Assembly: GCA_018985225.1 (NCBI GenBank)
Contig: JADGIF010000008.1
Coordinates: 1-32,000, forward strand
DNA: 32,000 bases
DNA from: Amoeboradix gromovi X-113
Lineage: Eukaryota > Fungi > Sanchytriomycota
Direction: 5' to 3'
This document shows, piece after piece, positions 11,901 through 20,828 of this stretch (position 1 is the first letter of the stretch; every line of letters starts with the position of its first letter). The notes beneath the pieces were generated by a model. The model saw only the letters and a list, made by a program, of their open reading frames with translations. It had not been told where the DNA came from and ran no database searches. Both the position numbers and the translations under genes were made by a program.

Positions 11901-14900
11901 AGTTAATGAATTGCAATATCATATTCGACCCTAATTCGACTTACAACAAGTCGGATGATAACGTGCTCAAGACCTTGCCAGACACAAGTTGTCATTCTAT
12001 ATGGACCAGTATCAAATCTTATTTGATATCAGTAAGTAAAGACAATTGGCAAACTCAGAAAGTGAGTGGGCAGCTTGTTGTACTTGCAGATGTAGATCAG
12101 TCACTGAATATTTCCACTTTTTCATTTTTAAGATTCTATATGAAACATCATTCCATATGGGTTAACAATGACGGTGAGTGGACCAACAAAAACGTTTCAC
12201 GGTTGCTTATTAAAGCCACAATTAGCAATTTGGATGTGAATGACCCTGAACTGCGACGGTTGCTTAGGAGTGTTTTATTTTTAAAATTGCAGACTTTTCC
12301 TGTTCCAATGTCTAATAAATACTATCATGGCAGTGGAACACTGGATATAAATTATGAAGCGTATTCTACGTTTGAGCAGTTTATAACTGAGCAATCTGAT
12401 CTTGTTTATATTGACGTAGTCAGTGAAAGAGAAGTTATTTGTAAAAATGCTAAAACGTTTTACAACTTGTTGACTAGAGATCGTGTCCCTAATTTATACT
12501 TGAATGTCAAAGAATGCATCTTATATGGCAAATCACTAGAGGATTTGGTGCCACTTCAATGCTTATTTAAAAATTGCAGTGATTACTTGAAATTCATAGA
12601 GCTAAAAGTAGATGTTAGATCACACATATCATTTATGAGTGACAAAATAGATGTGGATTCGATAAAACTAGATGAGCATAGTTCAAATTTGAAGTTTATC
12701 AAGCCAATTTTTGTCTTAATTTTCAATTTTAAAACACTCGGTTTTACAAGAAATCAAAAGTTTCTTACTCAGATGTTATCCAAGCTAGATGGCTGCCTGT
12801 TAAACTTGAAAGAGAGATCCACATGGCTGCATGGAATACAACAGCAGGCGTTTATAGAATCACAGAACTTGACTGGACTACGAATTGATGTCGGACAGAA
12901 AACAAAAGACATAGACGATAAAAAGAAACTTGCTTCCTTGAAAGAGAAGGAAATAAATGAGAGTAGGCTTAAAATTGAGAGTGAAAAAGAGTTTTTAGAT
13001 ATTGGACTGAAACAGTCATATCCGATCCTAGAAAGTGCAAAAAAGGCGCTAAGCAACATAAGTGCAAGTGATATAACAGAGCTAAGGTCTTTTAGCAAGC
13101 CGCCGATGGACGTGCAGAAAGTAGTAGAATGCATATGCATTTTATTAAAAAAAGAGGATTTATCATGGAAATCATCAAAATCGATGATGTCTAATACAGA
13201 ATTCAGAAGCAATCTAATGAGTTTAGACTGCGATGGACTAACAAATGGCCAGGTGCATCATATTGATAAGATATTGAAATCTTCAGATCTAAATATTGAA
13301 AAAATGAAAAAGACATCATCTGCTGGATGTGGCTTATTAGACTACGTGTTTAACATACTGCAATACCATTCAATAGTAACTGAAATGAAGCCAAAAATGA
13401 AGCAACTGCAAGTATTCGATAATCAGCTAAGCGATCTAATAAATAGTAAAGAGCAGGTACTACTAGAGATTGGTGAACTAGAAATGGATATATTAAAGTT
13501 AAAACAACACTTAAACGCATTAGAAAAGAGTTTGGTTGTAGTTGATAAGAACATTGTGATCTGGAAGGAATTGGATTTGAAATTTACTAAAATTGAAGGA
13601 CTGCTTGTTAGCGATATATCAAGTAACACTAAGCTACTTGACGGTGTCAATAAATCAATTAACGCGCTTGATATCACATGTTTTGAGGATGCTCTGAGCT
13701 TGTTGGACCTGAGTGAAAATGGCATAAAGGACATGTCAGAAATTGGGTTGCCATTTATATACAATGGATTGCAGCTCAATGAAGATTTGGGGAAGTTTGT
13801 GTATTGGATGGAGTGCCCACATTCCTATATAATAGAGGATCCGTATTTGAGATGTTTTTCTGTCTTGCATTTGGTACCAAACTCAATTGTGGTCAATGTG
13901 CTGGATTCCAGTTTAAAACTGAAGTTGAAGTTTAGTTTAGACAACAATAAGCATTTGATTTTAGTATCACCTAATATCAGTTGTATTCCTCAGGATGTCT
14001 TGCAAATAAACCAGAAAATTACAATATATTGTAGTAAAATTGATATTTCAATACAGAACTATGCCATGATTTCGTTTAAAACCACTGACTTTGTTACCAA
14101 ATCGAACGATGAGTGGAAACTGCAATTCCAGAGTCATTTGGCTGTAAAGGAAAAATTAAAGCAAGACTCAACATCACTATTAAACACATTAAACGCATTT
14201 CAATCTACAAACGAGACTGCTCAAGTTGATGAATTGCTGTTTGCAATGTCTGAATACCAGTCAATCACCATGCTACACGAACAGCAGCAAAGCAAGTTGC
14301 TAAGTTTGGAATTTACAAGGCTGAATCTAGAGGAGAACGATGCATTAAAACGATATCATTCGCAGCTGCCGAGGCTATACTGCATGAGTGCTCATTTGTT
14401 AACTTTAGAGTTTTATAAACTTCCCGTTGAGGCGTTGTTAAAATCTTCATTATTGCCAGTTGACCAGCTAGGATTTTATACAAATCAGAACATAAACATT
14501 TACTCAACCTTCAAACATTTGCTCAGTTGCGGCACTCTGTTTATTTTCTCGAATGGTGACTCCACATATCAGTTTGTCAAGGAAATATATCCTGACATTA
14601 AAAGAACAAGTATGAAAAGCTTTGGAAGTGATTTAGCCATCTATTACAACATTTTAAACCTTTCTGAGATGGAGTTGGTACAATTTTACTTTAAATTGCT
14701 CGAGGAAAAGCCCAAAAATGTAGTAATAGATGTACCGATATCTGAGCTGCCACAATGCTCGCCCATTATGCATGAATTACTGAAATTGGGATACAAGATT
14801 AGCAGTTTGGTTGCACTGGATCTGAATAAAGTGATATCCAAGAACATGGAAATATCCCTGACAATGGAAAGAAAAAAAGAGTTCATACTCTTTCATTCTA

Positions 14901-15613
14901 TTGTCTGCTATCTCATTGAGCTGAAGTTGATTCTTTTGTACCCGCAGTACTGGATCGACAACTTGATATCAATCGTTGAAGATAGCAAGTGCGAACTGAA
15001 GAAGTCTTTGAATTTGTTCTACTTCAACAACTTGAGGCACCAGAACGAAAAGATCTGCTGCTCTAGAATACTGGATTATGTTGTCTGCAAAAGTAAGGAA
15101 ATGGATCAAGAAGAACTGATAGATCATATTTGCAACCTCTTCCAGGAGTCAGATAGATTCCAATTCAAAGAGACGGAACTGCAGTTGAGTCCTCCATGTA
15201 TATCGGAATTCAGTAAATTACAGCTATTGGAAGACTTGACAATGGACCAAAGAAGGTTTTGGGTCCAAGCAACTGAAATACAGGTCACTTTTTTGACTAT
15301 TCCTAGCAATTTGGTGTATTTCTTTGACAAGGAACTGCTGTACATGGACGGCATTCCAGTCTTGAATTTATCAAAAAGTAAAAATGCAAACTCGATTGCA
15401 GTGCACGGATTACGAATAAAGAACGCCTATTTAACGGAAAACGGATTGGTATATGCGCAGTCAAGACTTGGTCAGAGCGGACACGTGTGGAAGTGTAACC
15501 GCTTTGAATACTTGGTGCCACTATTCAAGAACAATGTGCTCTACTTGTATTTTAATTGCACTTTGAATGATGAGCTTTTAAACATTAAAATCGCAAGGGT
15601 TGATATTGAATAA
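5948..15613 (+). CDS. Highly divergent axonemal dynein heavy chain, DNAH10/I1-alpha-like (3221 aa)
   Basis: Tail motifs RWEFDQTKLF (6575) and RWENGSC; FPRFWILSNDELIKIL; AAA1 P-loop GLSGSGKTE (10610); EWSENLNSVLDDNR (~11500); stalk/MTBD PILESAKKALSNI...ITELRSFSKPP (~13022-13110). Single uninterrupted ORF. Confidence 0.9.
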   Translation: MEQLVEQLSNLQYSNPVVGYINKLKNISTDEIRGEVKQGLLDEEWIRKELMSEVDCYLTLDKKLLAYSKILKNSQLIKSSLNDKEMEKMCLGKELTAKHGITIIQLLVPYINYIDQFRDQSPLLISHYYKVLSQGWTTSRFFCKDDIFTGLILNLRDSLMPKLREISSSIYQNPKDGLFVVDSCIEAFRAYKIEYFKNREEIENNGKIVRWEFDQTKLFDITNYISDVLSDLKHILTVLYKIQSSLDDNMKSHTGEGLSIDELLKKSFKIVSAFEQLSLDIWDKKNKNSWKTMIRRFDDNLVHIEEMICQFITNCLRKSSVSFINLQILQCCSKPGTLDSVVQLADASLKVLVTNFYDEIKAAKAKFDTISKSPSKSDGTFDKVYQLKQEYNTYKKVMVELRKNRVIDSIEGKALFDSYINFSIVIKHLHDTWCTTFFDNTISRFNSCLSWNVLIEKDNKIVVNFPFEMYPNLKEIKLFEAYITDLSVNIKIIAPQLYQCSQKYQRLYRTVFKLNAIRESVEFTEEWLISDHVKQLETVLNTGILRMTWCSLAIDKYCESLEKEILNMNSKMQQAHKTLNMMNKKIHGLKKIGIQLINEFRFTDSQDIQLKLRSTGRRLTDSIIQVQQTVSSILTNLPKVFHKDLKDPLFGQLCLETEKLLYFTCEGVCDAMMVVLTRKFKVEKSMLAEILISSKGILYTNPNSAQLFKILMQFPNWLANPMDRVYRWENGSCKYVNKEMGKIYNFKNSLIISKVYIKSSNKYQKNCADLMKSINIDIESLNKYQMIWKCDLDDLRQLEMNNADSCIFYANITNYLFSLQNELADYLIDQDFRFLKYGFAKFLLFTKDMLIKSLTDIGSLFLSRAISEIKDGFLKIESLGDAEFGSGDICSDFDNYFKLKQQIDTEKHLSVLIYHFDVLISLCRPLFNTSNVELHMSNFQSLLSVKSLKSDQFAPIQNLFDLLKSKLEKEFHKIINYGDAVLQKFTALLVATSNPITASKVYVQFSKEFSVLLDKANELSDLGTKTNLNLMLKWNSSNCSVFIHDDLEEFLTRFSEYYEATLLLTSNGISVLVVQKCNELINKCSGLMVNKPFSFLTTSLNQLKTLLEYLSLINSLMSHNLELRHFTKISKTVHVAEIQKLDFIAVMKIDFNVLQDAITKEKEWFSKELELERKYMKLLRQVSHMFISKVPTSLFKLMITNIADMKIKYESIIIELALLLSLDHSEFIRMEIINSNNELVNVVDCLSSIDDIQTEIESVYTIIQNLLKNNTILEKIKLLKLRYYEIIDPLFEYESVYQLMSDEENDLVRLKQEVFTLKRYVFTELDQFRNTFPRFWILSNDELIKILSFSFKKEWFNTFKRIFNGVDKFTFTKDAQNVFITSLGNTENETLALPIDIGLNYSDLKCFASLLTSMQIGIRNQIFEAINCILNGDLDALIAITSSAITVALRYCASKGHMKSLSEDIVKQLQISNKWKSKKLEKIFIDLSNAKELSHIFGVEINNNLICTTFNGMRFEHGLEFKACSRIFCHTPITIRTFSNFYVDRISKKWTYALGLSGSGKTESIQEFSDFCGYFCYEVNCGDVLGSESLKNILTGSEFKKASYWVNLSEVNRLSSKVLLQLSESILVLNGNTFSNVFVSLNPYSQSRNIIPESVKFQFHQIILEKPPVKEIFVKMLTSPIFIKKDKKFAESLLQSACYLDCFHTRDTYPGMFLKLLQMYIDNPNQIMPSMKSFVHPDKSSFVYKNETDLISKSESIIQFLERFHSLVLVGSFDDSFVSTIKDVENHYLQQGNVKTQHVNPNMYSSFENFGSCDDFNVFTSGVITSCLEEGCSYQGTYLLVLDAELFSEWSENLNSVLDDNRSFFYPDGKKLEISLNVKIIFCTCSLKNVSPSVTRRSTVVFVDLEIQDCDFWIVHYDNLKQEHLFYDPDVSINCIVNYYTKIKHLNELYGKYYAFWAFSKFKTFDACSSWFKEDLNVALLGIQELMNCNIIFDPNSTYNKSDDNVLKTLPDTSCHSIWTSIKSYLISVSKDNWQTQKVSGQLVVLADVDQSLNISTFSFLRFYMKHHSIWVNNDGEWTNKNVSRLLIKATISNLDVNDPELRRLLRSVLFLKLQTFPVPMSNKYYHGSGTLDINYEAYSTFEQFITEQSDLVYIDVVSEREVICKNAKTFYNLLTRDRVPNLYLNVKECILYGKSLEDLVPLQCLFKNCSDYLKFIELKVDVRSHISFMSDKIDVDSIKLDEHSSNLKFIKPIFVLIFNFKTLGFTRNQKFLTQMLSKLDGCLLNLKERSTWLHGIQQQAFIESQNLTGLRIDVGQKTKDIDDKKKLASLKEKEINESRLKIESEKEFLDIGLKQSYPILESAKKALSNISASDITELRSFSKPPMDVQKVVECICILLKKEDLSWKSSKSMMSNTEFRSNLMSLDCDGLTNGQVHHIDKILKSSDLNIEKMKKTSSAGCGLLDYVFNILQYHSIVTEMKPKMKQLQVFDNQLSDLINSKEQVLLEIGELEMDILKLKQHLNALEKSLVVVDKNIVIWKELDLKFTKIEGLLVSDISSNTKLLDGVNKSINALDITCFEDALSLLDLSENGIKDMSEIGLPFIYNGLQLNEDLGKFVYWMECPHSYIIEDPYLRCFSVLHLVPNSIVVNVLDSSLKLKLKFSLDNNKHLILVSPNISCIPQDVLQINQKITIYCSKIDISIQNYAMISFKTTDFVTKSNDEWKLQFQSHLAVKEKLKQDSTSLLNTLNAFQSTNETAQVDELLFAMSEYQSITMLHEQQQSKLLSLEFTRLNLEENDALKRYHSQLPRLYCMSAHLLTLEFYKLPVEALLKSSLLPVDQLGFYTNQNINIYSTFKHLLSCGTLFIFSNGDSTYQFVKEIYPDIKRTSMKSFGSDLAIYYNILNLSEMELVQFYFKLLEEKPKNVVIDVPISELPQCSPIMHELLKLGYKISSLVALDLNKVISKNMEISLTMERKKEFILFHSIVCYLIELKLILLYPQYWIDNLISIVEDSKCELKKSLNLFYFNNLRHQNEKICCSRILDYVVCKSKEMDQEELIDHICNLFQESDRFQFKETELQLSPPCISEFSKLQLLEDLTMDQRRFWVQATEIQVTFLTIPSNLVYFFDKELLYMDGIPVLNLSKSKNANSIAVHGLRIKNAYLTENGLVYAQSRLGQSGHVWKCNRFEYLVPLFKNNVLYLYFNCTLNDELLNIKIARVDIE

Positions 15614-15624
15614 ATTATTGTAGC

Positions 15625-17967
15625 TTACATCAATTTATTAAAGTTTAGCAGCAAATCTTGCTTTTCCAGAACAAACTCTTTATTTCTCTTCAACGCCGAT
15701 TCTAATTCTTTGGTAACACAAGCATGCTGGTTAGAAATAGCTGGAATCTTAGTAATACTAAATCCTGTTTTCAAAGATTCCAACGACTTGTGAATAAGAA
15801 TTGTTTTGGCTTGCAAATTGAACTGTCTTTGTTCAACCTTGCTCAATTTTGCCAGATTCGTGCTTTTCTCGATTCTTAATCGTTGGCATTCAATAAGGAT
15901 CTTATGCAAATTTGAATTAAAAGCTATCCTATTTCTTAATACATGGTGATTCATGATCAATGGGGATTTCTGGGCAAGAACCGAGTAACTTGATTTTACA
16001 GCGTCCATTTGGTTTTGGAATGCAGAGATCCTAGCTAGTGTATGAATCAGCCTCACTCTATAGCTTTCCAGTTTAAGTAGCTTTAAATCCGAGTCATCTT
16101 TCTCAGTTTTCACCTTTTTCAGGGCATCTGACAAGAGTTCGTTCTCGTCATTTAAGCCTGAATACTTTGAATTTAGGTTCTTGACATCCGTATCCAGGAT
16201 GCTATTTTTAGCTGCGCCCTGCTTGTACTCCTCGTTCAGCTTCAGCAATAAGAGTTGTACTTGTTCTTTTGTCTTTTTCAGCTTTGCTATGTTTTCTACA
16301 TATTTAATATGCTCATACTCCAACGCAAGTTTTTCCAAAGAGCAGTCCTGCGTGATTTTACTTATTGAACTTTGGATCTCTGTGCTATCTACAATTTTAC
16401 TTTCGATCTTGTTGATTTTTGAAAGTGTTTGAAGCTGCAACTCCTGCAACAAGGCTTGTTCCACTCTCTTTCTTTCAACAGATTTGTTCAGAGTAATGAG
16501 ACTTTCATTAACTGTAATCCAGCGCTTGTTTAAAAAGGTTGTTTTATTATACAGCGCCAAACTTTGTGTTTCCAAAGTATTTTTCTTACTCTCTGCTATA
16601 CTGATGTCTCTCATGATGCTGCCATGCTCTGCTGATATCCTCATATATACAGAGCAACTTTCATCAGATTCTAATTGCTTCTTTTGCAGCTGTAACTTTA
16701 AGTCTCGATCTTCAATGGTGAGCAAATCCAATTTCATTTGAATTTCCTCAGCACTACGCTTAAGGGACTGATCTTCCAGAGTACACCTTAAGACGTGACT
16801 TTTTAATAAGGCTGTAAAAGACTTTAAACTGTATAAAGTTTGCTCCAAATCGTTTACATGTGCAGTAGATATGTTTAAATCTTTACCAAGCATAGAATAG
16901 GTGCTCTCAAAGGCTGCTAGCAACTTGGATGAATTTATATTCAGAACAAGCAAGTCCTGCTTCTGATTTCTTTGTTCTATCAATTTTGTGCTAGTTTTTG
17001 TGATTTTGGCAGCCACATTTTTTAATTGAGAGTTTGCCATATTTAAACTTTTATTCTCGTTTTGGACTTGATTATAAATAGTCAAGACTACTTTTCTCTT
17101 GTTGTGCAGCTTAAACTCAATTTCTCTTAAAACTTCTTGTGATTTCAACAACTTCTCTTTTTCTTCATCGAATTTCAATTTTATAACATTCAGCTCTTCT
17201 AGTCTCTCTTCAAAAACGATTTGGATATCATTTATACAGTTTACTTTCAAGTCTAGATCAGTCTGAAGCTTGTTACTCTTTTCAGACTCAGCAATCAGAG
17301 CTGCACTAGATGAATAAACAGCGCTTTTCAGCAGCTGATAATTAGAGTTTATTGTATTGTGCTCATCTTGTTTCTGTAAGTACATCATCTTCAGATGCTC
17401 AATTCTTTTTACCGTGTCATCTAGTGAAGACTTCTTGTACTCCAGAGTAGACAGAGACTCTGAAAGTACAAGAGTATTATTACTGATAAGCTGAAGTTTT
17501 GCAGATTTTAGACCCATTAGAGATTGAAAATCAGCTCTTTTGGAAGCTAACAAATCGTTTAATTTTAAGACCACTGCTTGCTTTATTGATAACTCGGCCT
17601 TCAATCTGGAAATTTCAGATTTGTACTCAGACAAGTCTACAGAAGAGCTTGATGCTGGAGTCTCTTTAAGACTTTTGATTCTTTTTTCTAAATCATATTT
17701 TGAATGTTGCCAAAACTTATCTTCTTCAAAATTGCCCAAAGTACCCTGCAGCAAATTTCGCATTGTCTCCAATATTTGATAGGCGATTATTTCATCAGGA
17801 AAGTCATCTTGCAAAATCAGATGGTAATTTTCGTTTTGCACCATATACGTTTTTAAGAAATCCAATTTATAAGCAGAATCTACAACCATCTTCGTCACAA
17901 TGGTGTGATAATCACTTGCTCTTTGGATAAGTATATTCAAAAATGCTTCGTCATCAACTGCAACCAT
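15625..17967 (-). CDS. Long coiled-coil protein of unknown function (~780 aa)
   Basis: Heptad-rich L/E/K/S composition over most of its length. First ATG is at 17967 (the track start at 17985 is TTG). AATAAA lies within the last codons. Confidence 0.75.
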   Translation of the reverse strand: MVAVDDEAFLNILIQRASDYHTIVTKMVVDSAYKLDFLKTYMVQNENYHLILQDDFPDEIIAYQILETMRNLLQGTLGNFEEDKFWQHSKYDLEKRIKSLKETPASSSSVDLSEYKSEISRLKAELSIKQAVVLKLNDLLASKRADFQSLMGLKSAKLQLISNNTLVLSESLSTLEYKKSSLDDTVKRIEHLKMMYLQKQDEHNTINSNYQLLKSAVYSSSAALIAESEKSNKLQTDLDLKVNCINDIQIVFEERLEELNVIKLKFDEEKEKLLKSQEVLREIEFKLHNKRKVVLTIYNQVQNENKSLNMANSQLKNVAAKITKTSTKLIEQRNQKQDLLVLNINSSKLLAAFESTYSMLGKDLNISTAHVNDLEQTLYSLKSFTALLKSHVLRCTLEDQSLKRSAEEIQMKLDLLTIEDRDLKLQLQKKQLESDESCSVYMRISAEHGSIMRDISIAESKKNTLETQSLALYNKTTFLNKRWITVNESLITLNKSVERKRVEQALLQELQLQTLSKINKIESKIVDSTEIQSSISKITQDCSLEKLALEYEHIKYVENIAKLKKTKEQVQLLLLKLNEEYKQGAAKNSILDTDVKNLNSKYSGLNDENELLSDALKKVKTEKDDSDLKLLKLESYRVRLIHTLARISAFQNQMDAVKSSYSVLAQKSPLIMNHHVLRNRIAFNSNLHKILIECQRLRIEKSTNLAKLSKVEQRQFNLQAKTILIHKSLESLKTGFSITKIPAISNQHACVTKELESALKRNKEFVLEKQDLLLNFNKLM

Positions 17968-18018
17968 TCTAAATTGACCTTTCAAATTTAGAAAAAATCT
18001 CCATTGTTTCTAATTAAA

Positions 18019-18882
18019 ATGTCTTCTAGTGCACAGGATGCTTTGAAATTTTTAGAATCTTTGGAGGGGGACCTCCAAAGTAAACAAGAGCCAGTAAAAG
18101 AAGAAATTTCGGATATTAAAAACATAAGTACAGAATCTGACTCTACACCACCTATAAAAGAGCAACCCAAAACTACAGAATTGGATTCAAAAACACAAAA
18201 AGATCAAGGGCAATACAAACTTCCGACTTCTTTCTCATTCGGTACCTTTAATACAGCGCTCAAAACTTATTTGAAAGAAGAAAACGTTCAAAAAGCCAAA
18301 GAGAATGTGTCAAAGAATGTTTCTTCGATGGCTAGCGCATTCATCTCTTCGTTCAATGTCCCTCCTTCATTGCAAATTAAGTGTAATGTCAATTCCCCTC
18401 TTCCTTTAAATCAAGATACCAAATATACACTTCAAGAGATTTGGGGTAACGCTACTCACGGTAGATGGGGGTTTGATTATGATGTCAAGGAAAATCACAA
18501 AGTTCTGTTTAGCAATAACTGGAATGAATTGGTGTCTGTTATTAAATCAGATGTTAAACAAACAGATGACCTAAGCATAACTCTCATCATTAATCAGTTT
18601 CGATGGCTAGATGCAGAGTTTAACAATGAAAATACTACTGGGAACAGCATCGATAGCAAGGAAAAGACTATATCTTCAACATACAAAGATACTGAAATGG
18701 AGTCAAACCTAGACTTGCCAGCCCAACTAAAATTAGAAGGCTATGTTTTTTTAATAAAAGTGCTGGATATTGTAGAGGTTGGATTAATTCACGGAAGATA
18801 CTGCCAAAACATGCTTTGGGGATTGATTGAAAACGCTTTTGAACAATGCGGTCGTCAATTTCAGCTCAAGTACGCTAAGTAA
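18019..18882 (+). CDS. Mtc1-like protein (tentative)
   Basis: First ATG at 18019. N-terminal AQDALKFLESL followed by a low-complexity charged region resembles the fungal Mtc1 family N-terminus. The CDS is well supported; the family call is tentative. Confidence 0.45.
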   Translation: MSSSAQDALKFLESLEGDLQSKQEPVKEEISDIKNISTESDSTPPIKEQPKTTELDSKTQKDQGQYKLPTSFSFGTFNTALKTYLKEENVQKAKENVSKNVSSMASAFISSFNVPPSLQIKCNVNSPLPLNQDTKYTLQEIWGNATHGRWGFDYDVKENHKVLFSNNWNELVSVIKSDVKQTDDLSITLIINQFRWLDAEFNNENTTGNSIDSKEKTISSTYKDTEMESNLDLPAQLKLEGYVFLIKVLDIVEVGLIHGRYCQNMLWGLIENAFEQCGRQFQLKYAK

Positions 18883-18915
18883 ATTTTATATAATCGCTAT
18901 TACAATTATTTATTA

Positions 18916-19809
18916 CTATACCAAGATACATTGATTTTCAATTTTGTGCCACTGATAAACATCCAATGCCAAGCAATAAGTTGCCAAAGCAGCAAATAAC
19001 GCAAACCAATGCCAGATTTGATGACTGTGAAATAGGTAATCAAAGGCTCCTGGTGCATATCTCTCAGGGACTCTTAGTGCGTATATACAAGCGCCCCCAA
19101 CATAAAATACTGTCATCAAAATCAGACCGAAAGCTCCCATCATTCCAGCAAACGGAAAAACCAATGAGTTGTTATAAACGTGTAAGAGAGATGGGATAGC
19201 ACTAGAAAAACCAGTCGCCATGTAAACATACACCCTAATTAAGGGATGCTTTTTGAAATAATCGACAAATGATCCGACAACTCCAACCATTGATAAAGAC
19301 CCAATGAAAGTCAAATGAAGAATCTGGGATTCGGCGCTGCAATAATAGAGATAATATGTCACAATCATGGATGATCCCATTACCATAAAACTAATTCCAG
19401 AATAATCTAAACACGCAAAGAAATTATGAGTTTTTATACATTGATTGCAGTGCAAGTGGAATAAGGTAGAGCATAAGAAACATTTGATTGAGCAAATGCA
19501 AAATACTGAAAACATAAGTTTATCCATGAGATCAAACTCTGTATCCCAAATCCAAATATCATATAAAATGTAAGAAAATATCAAGGTAGCAAGTATATGA
19601 ATATATATATTGCCAGTTTCGTTATGGAGATAAGTCAAAGATCTCCAGCTTTCTTTGAAGTTCTTTGAAATTCTGTAACCATCTAATATATATGCATTTC
19701 GGGCGTATATTGGTGCTTCATCTCTTTTGAAAACTCTTCTAATGGTTTTTTCTTCTAGCTTTTCATCAACTTGGTATGAGACTGAAGTATTCGATCTACG
19801 AATTAGCAT
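18916..19809 (-). CDS. PAQR/HlyIII family membrane protein (Izh/AdipoR-like)
   Basis: YILDGYR, HNETGNIYIH, STLFHLH, LDYSGI, PERYAPGAFDYLFHSHQIWH motifs; multiple hydrophobic helices. Confidence 0.95.
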   Translation of the reverse strand: MLIRRSNTSVSYQVDEKLEEKTIRRVFKRDEAPIYARNAYILDGYRISKNFKESWRSLTYLHNETGNIYIHILATLIFSYILYDIWIWDTEFDLMDKLMFSVFCICSIKCFLCSTLFHLHCNQCIKTHNFFACLDYSGISFMVMGSSMIVTYYLYYCSAESQILHLTFIGSLSMVGVVGSFVDYFKKHPLIRVYVYMATGFSSAIPSLLHVYNNSLVFPFAGMMGAFGLILMTVFYVGGACIYALRVPERYAPGAFDYLFHSHQIWHWFALFAALATYCLALDVYQWHKIENQCILV

Positions 19810-19857
19810 TTGAAACAGGTTCCAGGATCAGGAGATTCCTGGGACACGCTCTACAAT

Positions 19858-20249
19858 TGGGACATCAAATATAAAAACTGGACTAACTTTCTGTAACAAC
19901 TTGGAAGATTATTTCAGCTTTATTACTTTATGGATTTAAGAGACGAGTGGACATTCAGCTAGTTGCGGAGTTGACGAGTATAAAAGGAAAATAATGATGT
20001 TAGTATAACATTACAAAATGACCCTAGAAAATAGTACCGTCTAAGAAAATGCACCTTTTGCTTAGATGCTCAAAGACCTCATATATTTGAACGAGATGCA
20101 GGGTCTTCTAGTTTTATTTTGAAGAGGGGATTGAAAGTAATGAAAGAAAGTTGGTATAATAGAAGATCTTTTATTAATGATAGCATTTCCTCCTTATGGA
20201 GCACCTTCTTTAAAAACGAGTTACTCTAGTTTTTATATTTGATGTCCCA
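19858..20249. mobile_element. MITE family copy 2 (complete, 392 bp)
   Basis: 22-bp perfect TIR TGGGACATCAAATATAAAAACT...AGTTTTTATATTTGATGTCCCA (about 31 bp imperfect), flanked by AT on both sides; no transposase ORF. Confidence 0.9.
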
Positions 20250-20645
20250 ATGAACAAACAGCAATATGCTTGTCCTGTATCACGTTATTCAGTTAAATTA
20301 ATCAACTATTGATGGTTCTACCTAATAGCTCTCACGCTTTTCAATAATCCCTGGTTCCTTTCTGAGATTGATTGCGGCAATGACCAATGGATGGCAAAAC
20401 TTTCACAAGTTTAGCGTCTTGTAGTACATAGGACTCATTGATTATTTTCCCACACCAGCAGATGTCCAAGTAAGTTCTTTCATTATCAATAATGCTTGGA
20501 TATAACTAAAGTATTAAATTTAGGTTTCTGAATACGCAATTGCTTTCTTTAGTAAAGTTGGATGTGTTTGTGGCCTAGTTTACCGCGTGAGATATGATCC
20601 AGATATCTATGGAATACTAGGCAGGTCGGTAGTGGCTTGAATTTA

Positions 20646-20828
20646 ATGGAAATTGATAGTCTAATAAATTTTGAGTGCCAGTGCTGCTTTAAGCAAGTAA
20701 CATCTAGAAATCATTTGTTAAAATGCGTAGACTTCATTAAATTCGCTAGATCTTGCTATAATGTCAGTACGTATGCTCAATTAGAGATGCTAGTCCATGT
20801 AAGAGGTCTAATATTTATTAGTAAATAA
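20646..20828 (+). CDS. Possible 60-aa C2HC zinc-finger microprotein
   Basis: MEIDSLINFECQCCFKQVTSRNHLLKC has C-x2-C-x8-H-x3-C spacing; AT-rich leader before the ATG; AATAAA overlaps the stop. Confidence 0.3.
   Translation: MEIDSLINFECQCCFKQVTSRNHLLKCVDFIKFARSCYNVSTYAQLEMLVHVRGLIFISK

Noticed and set aside
7459-17930. Many short antisense ORFs within the dynein and coiled-coil genes
   Set aside because: Shadow ORFs expected from codon bias; no recognisable motifs.
20315-20510. Minus-strand open stretch vaguely like a small GTPase
   Set aside because: No intact G-box motifs; similarity too weak to support.
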